Source of the DNA: Vitrella brassicaformis CCMP3155
Lineage: Eukaryota > Protista > Chromerida
Length of the DNA: 30,397 nt
Reading direction: 5' to 3'
Assembly: GCA_001179505.1 (NCBI GenBank)
Contig: CDMY01000687.1
Location: forward strand, 1-30,397
How positions within the stretch are numbered: the stretch's first letter is position 1; each line of letters begins with the position of its first letter. The translations under genes and the position numbers were made by a program. The notes under the pieces were generated by a model. The model searched no databases. It was not told where the DNA came from and saw nothing but the letters and a program-made list of their open reading frames with translations. Of this stretch, positions 1 through 10,147 are shown in pieces.

Positions 1-221
1 TCGTGAAAGTCCTCAGGCAGTGCCGGTCATGAAGCGAGCTCAACCAATGGGCGCTGTGAGCGTTGACAAGGCAGGGAACTGCCGCTGCCAAACTCGCAGA
101 CGACCGGCAAAAGCAAACAACACGCCTGAGGACATTGCATGCACAGCCAGGCAGCCACACAGTCAGTGTGGTGTGTGGTTGGTGTGTCTGTCTGCCTCTT
201 CCGTCTGCCTTGATACGCACC

Positions 222-1728
222 AGATAGTGATGGCAAAGGTGCACTCGAACGAAAAGGGACACGACAGAGGGTGCGAAAAGACGACCTGCCATAGTCACCA
301 CACCAACAGAACACCACCAACACAATGGTCGCTGACATGCCAGCCATCCAGTCAGTATGTACGCTTGCGAACCAGATAGTGTTGTGCAGTGCACCCAAAC
401 GGAACAGCGGCGGGACAAAAGAGTGCGAAAAACAACCTACCACATCACACCACGACAACAGCACATCGACGACGCACAGACCCACACACGAACACACACA
501 TATGCGTCCATTTCCGTGTCCTCGTTCCCTTTCAGTGTTCCTCACGCATGCATACCAGGAAGGCAGATGGGCGATTCAGGTGTGAGGGATACGACAGCCA
601 GGCCCTTGGCAGTGTTGTACAGCAGCGCTGGGCCGAAAAAGCAATCTGAGAAGGCAAGGCGCGATCCACGAGACGCAAGATCACAAGCACGCAGCCAAAA
701 CGTCAGGCCCGGTTGTATTTTTGAGTCTTTGATCGGTCGTAAATTCGACCTCCAGACGACCCGAATCCTCGCTTCCCATACAATTGCGGGCTCAGCAAAT
801 CCGAGAAATGGTCCCGGTGCAGTCCTAAGGAAGTGTTTGCATCGAGTAAGGACATGTGGAAATACATTGACTCATAGCGCAACGGCAGGCAGAGTCTGTC
901 GGTCTCTCATGAGATGAACTGCGTCAATCGACCAACCATCAATCAAATCACGCGACAAACATGCCAGCACCATCCTCAGCGCCCGCCTGGCGTATCTTCC
1001 AGCGGCGCCGCCCACCACGCACACACATACTCGCACTACGCGCCAACGCAACAGACAGATGAGCACGAACCCACCCCATCACCTGGCTATACGACTTGTC
1101 TGCCCACGCAGCCTTGGTGCGCAGCTTCTCAACCAGGCGGCTGAAAAAACCATTGGCCTCTCTGCCCCACACACCGTCCACCGTCACGCACAAGGGGGTG
1201 AAGTGGATGGACTTGTCCTCGCACACACGGCTGTGGTGGGCCTTCTTGGCCTTGGTCTTGTTCTTGAGGATGGAGGCGGTCGATTGGTTGCGGTAGGACG
1301 ACGCGTCAGCGTTTGTCACGCAGAGGTCAAACGACACGTCCTTCTGCCGCTCCCACACCCCCCTCACCACCATGTCCGTCCGCACCCCCTTCTCCCCCTC
1401 CTCGGGCTCCACAATCACCACCTCCTTCCTGACCGCCGACTCGCCCCAAGCCTTGGCAGAAAGGTCGCACAGCACGTCCACCACCTCGTTGTGCCGCCGA
1501 ATCACCAACCCACCCACTCCACAGTTGAGGGCGTGGTCGAGCGAGTACGGAGCCCCGCAGCCGTCGCAGTGGGTGGGTATCTTGGGAGGCTCGTAGGCGT
1601 ATCGGATGGCCATGTTGTCGCGGAACTCGTCAGGCGTCAGGTCGGTGTGGTCCTCTGCGTCAGGCCGGCAAGTCACCCACCCGGCCGTCTTGGCCTCGAT
1701 CGCCCATCGAGTAAGGACAACATGTGCG
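222..1728 (-). pseudogene. Unknown spliced gene whose largest exon is interrupted by a CRE-like insertion
   Basis: Removing 855-1704 and one TSD copy restores a 308-nt exon (acceptor ctccag| at 1729, donor |gtatgc at 555). It is stop-free for 102 codons (AHVVLTRCKHFLRTAPGPFLG...SPICLP). Two small downstream exons near 363-436 and 222-285 splice in compatible phase. No recognisable domain. Confidence 0.45.
855..1704 (-). mobile_element. 5'-truncated CRE-like non-LTR retrotransposon (subfamily A): zinc knuckle + REL endonuclease region
   Basis: ORF 948-1676 has AGWV..P, CDGC...HALNC (CCHC), RRHNE, RTD...FDLCVT and K-rich REL motifs. It is flanked by the 15-bp direct repeat catcgagtaaggaca at 840-854 and 1705-1719. 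Confidence 0.9.
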
Positions 1729-1934
1729 CTGGAGTATTAAGAAAGGGATGATGAATATGGTATATTTCTATCTGTAAATTGTATGACCATGGATACTACG
1801 CCACAGGGCTATAGGGTCATCCCGGGACCTCGTTCATTCATTCATTACACCTCTTCTCCAGTATTCCCCCCGTTCCCCTTCCCCGCTCCCCTGAAAAGGT
1901 AGAGTCGTATTACACTCTCGAGCATTCATCCCTC

Positions 1935-2051
1935 TGTGCCATTGGGTTCTGGGCTTGCAGCCTTCGAACTTAGGCCGCTGTGCCATTGCCTTCGAACTTA
2001 CGCCGCTATGCCATTGGGTCCTGGGCCTGCACCCTTCGAACTTAGGCTGAC
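1935..2051. repeat. Degenerate 44/28/44-bp tandem repeat
   Basis: Three copies of t(g/a)tgccattg...ccttcgaactta(g/c)gc; the middle copy has an internal deletion. Confidence 0.8.
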
Positions 2052-2381
2052 TTTGTGCCTTGCCACCTCCCATCGCTGCGCCTCTAGATCTCGAGAAAAA
2101 AAATGTAGCTGTATCGTGCTCCGCCTATCGTTCGTCCCTCTGTACCAAAAAGGTTGTGGACTTGCCGTCCTGGGAGTTTGGCTCCTTTGAGCTTATGCTT
2201 TCGTCTCGCTTGGGGCCTTCTCTGTATTCGGCAGCGTTTATATCGAGGTCTTCAGTTAGGTTTGTCTCTCACCCTTGGCCATCGCTATTTGGTTCTGCAT
2301 GCATAGATGTGCATAACGGATATTTCTTCGAAGACTCAGCGCTTCGCAGTTTGCCTTCTTCCACCATCTGAGAGAGGGTTT

Positions 2382-2508
2382 GGGGGGGGGAAACTGTCAT
2401 TAACCGTAACACTCGTCTGTGTGTCCGTGATACTCATACAAATACAGTCCCATCAGCACGCAGAGTCAAACAGGCTCAAGGGGAGGAGGGATCAATCCCC
2501 GCCCCATC
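2382..2508 (-). mobile_element. 127-bp 3'-terminal copy of CRE-like subfamily B with oligo(C) tail
   Basis: Reverse complement of 18017-18141 with one substitution and a C9 versus C7 tail. Flanked by the 11-bp TSD agagagggttt at 2371-2381 and 2509-2519. Confidence 0.93.
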
Positions 2509-2560
2509 AGAGAGGGTTTTCATTGCACACGCCAACCAACTATAGGCTTGCGCAGGCGTG

Positions 2561-3190
2561 CTCATAGAGACATTCATTGTACACAGAAACTACAAGCGTG
2601 CACAGGCGAGTAGATAGAAAATGCGTTCATCGCACACACCAGCCAACGTGCATGCGCAGGAGTGCGCATACACACGTTCATTATATACACACACACGAAG
2701 TCGACACGTGCATGTGTAGAGGTGCGCATACAGACGTTCATCATATATACACACTTTAAGTCGACGCGTGCATGCGTAGAGGTGCGCACACAGACATTCA
2801 TCATATGCACACACTCCAAGTCAACACGTGCATGCGTACGGGTGCGCAGAGACACTCTCATTATATACGCACCAAGTCGACATGTGCATGCGCAGGGGTG
2901 CGCACACAGACATTCATCATGTACACACACTTCAAGTCGACACGTGCATGCGCAAAGGTGCGCACACAGACGATCATCATATACACACACACCAAGTCGA
3001 CACGTGCACACTCCAATTTCAAACGTGCATGCGCAGGTGTGCGCACGCAGACATTCATCATATGCACACACTCCAAGTCGATGCAGGTGTGTGCACGTAG
3101 ACATTCATCATTTACAGACACTCCAAGTTCAAACGTGCATTCGCAAGTGTGCGCACGCACACATTCATCATATATACACACTCCAAGTCC
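2561..3190 (+). repeat. 60-bp satellite array, left arm
   Basis: Unit approx gtgcgcacacagacattcatcatatacacacactccaagtcgacacgtgcatgcgcaggt; the 60-bp register is visible in consecutive lines 2701-2880. Confidence 0.95.
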
Positions 3191-3229
3191 AGTATCGAGC
3201 GTGTGTACAGATCACATATATACACACAT

Positions 3230-4214
3230 ATACACCTGCGCATGCCTGCGCACGTACGTGTCGAGTTGGAGCGTGTGTATCTATGATGAATGTCTGTGTG
3301 CGCACATCTGCGCATGCCTGCGCACGTACGCGTCGAGTTGGAGTGTGTGTATCTATGATGAATGTCTCTGTGCTGCGCATGCACGTGTGGACTTGGAGTG
3401 TGTCTATATGATGAATCTCTGCGCACGCACACCTGCGCATGCAAGTTTGGACTTGGAGTGTGTGTAAATGATGAATGTCTGTGTGCGCACATCTGCGCNN
3501 NNNNNNNNNNNNNNNNNNNNNNNNNNNNNNNNNNNNNNNNNNNNNNNNNNNNNNNNNNNNNNNNNNNNNNNNNNNNNNNNNNNNNNNNNNNNNNNNNNNN
3601 NNNNNNNNNNNNNNNNNNNNNNNNNNNNNNNNNNNNNNNNNNNNNNNNNNNNNNNNNNNNNNNNNNNNNNNNNNNNNNNNNNNNNNNNNNNNNNNNNNNN
3701 NNNNNNNNNNNNNNNNNNNNNNNNNNNNNNNNNNNNNNNNNNNNNNNNNNNNNNNNNNNNNNNNNNNNNNNNNNNNNNNNNNNNNNNNNNNNNNNNNNGC
3801 GCACCCTGTGCATGCACGCGTCGACTTGGAGTGTGTATATATGATGAATGTCTCTGTGCGCACCCTGCGTATGCACGTTTGGACTTGGAGTATATGTATC
3901 TGATGAATGTCTCTGTGCGCACACTTGTGTATGCACGTGTGGACTTGGAGTGGGTGTATCTGATGAATGTTTTTGTGCGCACACCTGCGGACGTGTCGGC
4001 TTGGAGTGGGTGTATATTCCGAATGTCTGTGTGCGCACACCTGCGCATGCACGTTTGGATTTGGGGTGTATCTGATGAATATCTGTATGCGCACACCTGC
4101 GCATGTATATGATGAATGTCCGTGTGCGCACCCTTGCGCATGCACGTTTGGACTTGGAGTGTGTAAATGATGAATGTCTCCAGTTTGAACTTGCAGTGTG
4201 TATGGCTCTATGAG
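3230..4214 (-). repeat. 60-bp satellite array, inverted right arm (contains gap)
   Basis: Units read atgatgaatgtctgtgtgcgcac...gacttggagtgtg, the reverse complement of the left-arm unit. Confidence 0.93.
3499..3798. other. Assembly gap (300 N)
   Basis: Run of N inside the satellite. Confidence 1.
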
Positions 4215-4284
4215 GCCTTGTCAACACAGATCTGTATTCGGTGATGGCTCATAGGATCGTCTGCACTGCCTGCCTGCATGTGTG

Positions 4285-7205
4285 TGGTCGGTCGGTCGGT
4301 TAAGGGTTTGGCGCGACACCTGTCCCTAAGCCCGGCGCTACCTTCCGGCGCAACCAGGCATCTTCTCTGTCCAGAACACACACCAAACAGGCAACAGGCA
4401 CACGCAGAATGCATGCACAAGGCCTATCTGCCCTTCCCATGGAACCCATGTATGTGTTAGTCGGACAAGTCAGCCTCAAGCACCCACTGCTCCATCTCAT
4501 GCAACTCATATATCAAATCATATTCTCCATCAAACTGGCTAGGTGGCAGAGATGGATTGAGTGCAAGCCAACGAGTGCGCTCCTTCTGTGCAGCTAAGAG
4601 AAAGTCTGCGACTGCTGATAGGAGTGGGAGCTTGTCTGACTGCAGCAGGCAAGTAGTGAAAACAATAGGATGAGCCTTGCCCCATCGCTTGTAGTTACAT
4701 GCATCAGGGGCAGTAATACCATACTTGCTAACAACTCTGAGAAGCGTCTGCCGTAATGTAGAGTATAAAGGACACGAGACAAGTATATGTGTCTCATCCT
4801 CCACTGGCGGACGAGGCACAGGATGGCCACCGACATCGCGTACAGAGGCTAACAGATCATTACGATGTGAGCAGAAAGCACATGGTCTATACTCTCTCGG
4901 ACAGTCAATCAATCGGCCATCCGTGAGAGCAGACGGGTAACAATCGGTTTGAAAGAGAAAAAGAACACGTCGCTGATGTACAGGGAGTGCTAATATGGCG
5001 GAAAGGCTGGCAGCGGCTGAATAAGCCGATGCAGCCAATCCTGTCCATGCTGAAGCACTTCCATGTATGTCTGCGACGGTACATATGGTTCCATACACAC
5101 GAGCGAGTCAAGATCGCACCGGCACTCACGCAAGGGAGGGGCAAAGGAACGATGCAAACGTGGGAATGACACAGAAAAGAAATGATAAAATAGACGACAA
5201 CCAGGGACAAAAAGGAGCTTACGTGCTTGAAAAAGTGCTCTGCCTGAGACACTTGTCTGACCATCTGCATAAGAACGCCATAGAAGGAAAGACACTGCCT
5301 GAGCCGTTAGAGATATAGGCGGGGGGAGAGAGGGAGTAGCAGGCAAGCTAGGGACCCGAGCATGAGTCCAAGGTTTTTCCAAGATTCGAGCAAACTCGGA
5401 CTTTGTGAGGGCACAGCGAAGTGTTTTCATCTCGGGCTCAGTCAAGGGCCCAAGCTGAGAAACACGCGCCCGTTCCCCCATAAAGTCCAACATCTGCGCA
5501 AACAAAAAAAACCATTGTCCCTGTGGAAGTGTATATATGCACTGTCCCGTTGCATACGAGAGAAGCCGTAGAACAGCGATATGCATTCTGTGCGACAAAG
5601 AAAGCCTTCTCAGCCAAAACCACCGCACGACGATTACGCACCCGAATATAGAAAGACAGCTGACGGCAGCGGGCCTCGAACAGAACCGAAAAACGACCCA
5701 GCTCGCACAATAGCGCATCGGTAGAGACACGGCGTGTTACGCGCATGCAAGAAAGCAAATAGTTACGATGGACACGCTCCAACCCATCACATTTATTCCC
5801 CGCCCATAACTCACTACCATACAAGTACACCGACGCAACAGTAGCATCATACAGCTGGAAACGAGTCTGAAGATCAGGGGGGGGCAGCTGGCGAAGGCGC
5901 CGCTGATGCAACGCCAAGGCAGCGACTTCTTTCTTGGTCATCATCTCTATATGATGCTTCCATCCGCCCTTCTCATGAAACCACATGCCCAGATAACGCA
6001 TAACAGGCACACGCTCAATCACCTGACTGGGCCCCCCAAAGTAAAACTGCCTCTGTCTCTCATATGGTGGGACACGATCAGGATGGAAAACAATTGTCGT
6101 TTTCCATGTCTCGCGCTTGTTTGCAGTGTGCGACATGTTTTCGCAGTCAACGAGCGTCTGTCCATTGTTTTTTGCATGTATTGTTTTCTTTCCTTGCTTG
6201 ATACGACTGATGCTTCGACGATTTTCGTCGCCCGTTCATGTATCTACTTAATCACATTATCTTTGTTTTATGTGTACTGATGTCCATGTGATTCAGTGTG
6301 CACCATGCATACAGACGATCTAGACTACGCTGTAAGCCAGCTGCCGTTGAATGCACGAGAGCCAAGTCATCGGCATACAGCAAACAAAACACAATCAGAT
6401 CAAGCAAGAGCAAGAGAGGACTTGACTGTTGGTTCGCGTGACCTTGTCGAATGTACTCAGGCAAGTCATCGACAAAAAGGGAAAACAGAAGTGGACCCAA
6501 CACATCACCTTGCTTGACACCGAAGAGCTCACGAAAGACTGCCGAGAAGCCCTCATAGCCACCATCTACACACGCCTCCACATTCGCATACAATGCCTCC
6601 AATGCACGCACGATGTTCTCACTCACACCTTTCGCACGTAGTTTACACCACAGCAGTCGGCGATTGATCGAGTCGAAGGCCTTACGAAAATCCACAAAGC
6701 ACACATAGAATGGAGAGCCCGCTCGCTTGGCACGTTCGATGAGTGTGGCTAACACAAAACAATGCCCGATAGTGGAGTGATCCGTACGAAATCCTGCCTG
6801 TTCAGGGCATATCTTGGCTTGCTGCAGCAGCAACGGCTGAAGCACATTACCATACAGCTTCATGAAAACAGGCAGCAGATGGATGCCCCGATAGTTATCA
6901 GGATCACTCAGTGTGCCCTTCTTGTGAATAGGATGAATGATGATACAGTCATTCGTGTACCCCCAGTAAGACGTACGGAGATATGTCGAGAAAATCATGC
7001 TGAGATCCTCAAGTATGGGACCGCCTACCTTACGAATGATAGAGTAAGTGATACCATCCATCCCTGGGGCACTGGAGTTAGAGCACTTACTGAGAGCACT
7101 TTGCAAATGAGCAACAGAAAACGGTTGATGTGCTCTCCAGTCAACATGCAAAGGTGCTTGACGCGCCAACTCATTCACACGATCAGCCAATTGAGGGGTG
7201 AGCAT
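4285..7205 (-). mobile_element. Decayed 5'-truncated APE-class LINE (RTEX/RTE-like): RT, thumb and C-terminal CCHC domain
   Basis: RT motifs APGMDGI, PIHKKG..DPDNYRGIHLL, EQAGFR, FVDFRKAFDSI, GVKQGDVLGPLLF, LYADD; then MRYLG and YLYGSELW (5438-6136); then RPCAFC...EDETHILVSCPLY..LR (4457-5098). Split by frameshifts and an insertion. A putative (accg)3 tail lies near 4285-4300, so the 3' end is approximate. Confidence 0.9.
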
Positions 7206-7995
7206 ATACGTAGATGTGCGCTTAGAGACATTCATCATATATGCACACTCCAAGTCCAAACGTGCATGCGCAGGTACTCCAAGTCGATGCGTGCATGCGC
7301 AGGTGTGCGCACAGAGACATTCATTATATACACACACTCCAAGTCCACGCGTGAATGCACAGGTGTGTGCACAGAGACATTCATCATATACAAACACTCC
7401 AAGTCCAAACGTGCATGCGCAGGTACTCCAAGTCGACGCGTCCATACGTAGATGTGCGCACAGAGACATTCATCATATATGCACACTCCAGGTCCAAACG
7501 TGCATGCGCAGGTCCTCCTAGTCGACGCGTGCATGCAGAGGTGTGCGCACAGAGACATTCATCATATATACACACTCCAAGTCCAAACGTGCATGCGCAA
7601 CTCCAAGTCGACGCGTCCATACGTAGATGTGCGCACAGAGACATCAATCATATATGCACACCCCAAGTCTAAACGTGCATGCGCAGGTACTCCAAGTCGA
7701 CGCGTGCATGCGCAGGTGTGCGCACAGAGGCATTCATTTTATACACACACTCCAAGTCCACGCGGGAATGCACAGGTGTGCGCACACAGACGTTCATCAT
7801 ATACACTCACTCCAAGTCGACAAATGCATGCGCAGGTGTGCGCACACAGACACTTCAAGTCCAAACGTGCATGCGCAGGTGTGCGCACAAAGACATTCAT
7901 GAAATTCAGGATATACACACACCACCTGCGCACAGAGACATTCATGATATACACACTCTATGTCGACGAATGCATGGGCAGGTGTGCGCATGCAT
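7206..7995 (+). repeat. Second array of the same satellite with 60- and ~88-bp units
   Basis: Same gtgcgcacagagacattcatcatata and actccaagtc...gtgcatgcgcaggt modules; the second module is often doubled. Confidence 0.95.
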
Positions 7996-8039
7996 ATGGT
8001 CATCTGGCGTGTTGTGTAGGGTGTGTTGCGAGTGACGTC

Positions 8040-9340
8040 CGATTACCCAGTGTCGCGGGACATCGTTTGCGACAAGCACTCGTGCATCTTTGACGAGAAG
8101 GCATTTCAAGTCGTCAACGACACCACATTCATGTGCACTCTGTGGTACGACAACGAGTGGGGATACGCAAACAGGTAAGTAAGGAGCCAACAGGGAGAGG
8201 GGAAAGAAAGCTGTAAGTCTCATTTGGGTGTGTCCGTGTCCATCTGCGTCTGTCAGGGTGGTGGATTCAGCCATGCACATGGCCAAGGTGGACGGCATCT
8301 TGGTGTCCTGAGCAAAAGCTGTTGCCGTCCTTCGCTGCGTACGTGAGTCCCGCCTATTGTTGGTGTAGAGCTGCCTCTTCGTGTGTCTGTGTGTCTCTCC
8401 CGCCCGCTATCTGCGTGTCTGGGGGAGCTGCCCCGCGACAAACTGACTAATATGAGGTCGTAGTCTGGGCGGGTGGGAGAACAGGAGATGAGCCCATACG
8501 AGCGAGCAGCCCACTCCATGGTTGTGCTCCATGTTTGAGTGCACTTGCTGAGTGTGCGTGTGAAGTGAAGTGCCAGTGTGCATGTATGCGTATGTGTCTG
8601 CATTTTTGTGGGAGTGCGAGAGGGGGCCATCGATAGGGGGCCATGCCATTGTAGCCGTCGATTTGCCTGCATCCTGAGAAGCGTGGCGCATGCATACTCG
8701 GTAATGTCTGCATGTGTTTTGATCCATTGATGTGGCAGGGGGGAGAAGAGATGACTGATATCAACGTGCCGGGGAGCGGATGGACGGTGACGGAGCTGTT
8801 GCGGGATCGGGGTTTGTCGGTGTATCTTCCTATCGGTGCACTGGGATAGGAAGGGCGTTTTTGTTTCGGTAGCACCAATATGAGTAGCCACTGCGGCGAG
8901 CGCGCGGTGTGTGCGTGTGTGTGCATGCCTTTGTGTGTGTGGCTGTGTAGTTAGTGTGAGTCAGGCCGACTTGGTCGCTGCCTGTATGGTTGCTCGCCTT
9001 TAAAGAGACACACATGTACCGTCAGTAGCATGGCCTCTGTTTGCGGTGTCCGTATAATCTCTGGTACATACATTCACATCCACACAGAAACAGCGCATGA
9101 GCTCTCTCTGTGCATGCATGTTTCTCCCTCCCTCTGTGCGTCCACCCTCCACCTCGTGTATTCAGACAGAGGAATTGGCTACCCCCCACCGACAAGGGAT
9201 GCATGAAACATGAACGCATTCTCGTGACCAACTGTGAGGCAAAGAGCATAATGTCTGAGAATGAAACCGAATTTTTCTGGACAAGTGGTGGATCCATTGA
9301 GGTAGCACATGCGATGAACGTTATATTCGCTTTCAATCAT
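8040..9340 (-). pseudogene. Possible spliced gene or fragment of unknown function
   Basis: Phase-compatible exons ...FLCLNTR|EIIRTPQTEAMLLT|WLLILVLPKQKRPSYPSAPIG with GT-AG boundaries; no recognisable domain. Confidence 0.3.
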
Positions 9341-10147
9341 CTCCTTCCCCCAGACCGTTTTCGAGAACCAACCACTTCTTTCCATCACTTACACAAACCC
9401 TAGTCAGAGAGAGCGTAATTTCTGAGTAAGAAAACGACTTGTTCTGTACAATCGGTGGACGGATTTTGAGAAGCCTTTTAGTGAAAGGTGCGTCTCACAC
9501 ACGATCTCCCTATGTCTATGTGACACTGGACTATGCGGATAGACACGCATAGTCTCCATGTCACACTCGGAAAAAATGCTTCTCTCTCTCCCTCCCGCCC
9601 TCCCTTTCCGTCTTCAGCCAGGGGCGAGGGAAACTATAAGTGTTTACACACGAGACATCAACAATTAGTACACACCCATCTGCATAGAACAACGACATGC
9701 GCCTGACGGATGAAACCATGATCGAACCGATGATCAATTAATGCGATGCAGCAGGTGCACTCAGCAAGTCGGCCATCCCATCACACACATACCACACATA
9801 CTTATGAGAGAGCACTGTGATACGAGGCCTTATTACGCACTTTACACACACATCAGACCAGAAAAACCTATCGCTTGTACTTCTCCATGATGTCTGTGAC
9901 CCCTGAATGCCGCGTCTTGTCCTACGGCGTCAGTCCCTGTTGTCATGATATATAGGGCATCACTCGAAGCATCGTTGTCTCTGATGTCAGAAGCGCAGAG
10001 CCTCCCAACTCCAGCCTTTGAAAAGGACACAGAGAGAGTGTGTTGATGAGATGTTTTTGTCATTCATGTGTGTCGCTTACAGCTGAGACACTTTTTCAGA
10101 TTTGCCCTTGAATGCCGTCTTTCCGCCCTGAGACACATCTGTGTCAC

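Noticed and set aside
730-790. GKRGFGSSG (minus strand) resembling dUTPase motif 5
   Set aside because: It is an isolated motif in a different frame from the rebuilt exon, and motifs 1-4 are absent.
2371-2381. agggttt / aagggttt as telomeric repeats or a telomere-targeting site
   Set aside because: Only single imperfect units are present, and the other subfamily-B junction lacks the motif.
2574-4227. Many Cys/His-rich ORFs in the satellite (also 7198-8093)
   Set aside because: A 60-bp unit keeps frames open in several frames and on both strands; some run through N gaps. There is no independent coding evidence.
4325-4365. ccggaaggtagc (minus strand) resembling SRP RNA helix 8 or a ribozyme
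   Set aside because: It lacks the conserved CAGG/AGCA internal loop and surrounding helices; no hammerhead or HDV core could be built by eye.
6092-6254. Insert in the RT as a spliceosomal intron
   Set aside because: No GT/GC-AG pair restores the RT frame.
6252-7469. Satellite-derived N-terminus as part of the LINE RT protein
   Set aside because: The first ~90 aa are simply satellite read in an open frame; RT similarity starts near 7205.
2561-7995. CRISPR-like array
   Set aside because: Units are contiguous tandem repeats with no unique spacers and no cas genes, in a eukaryotic context.
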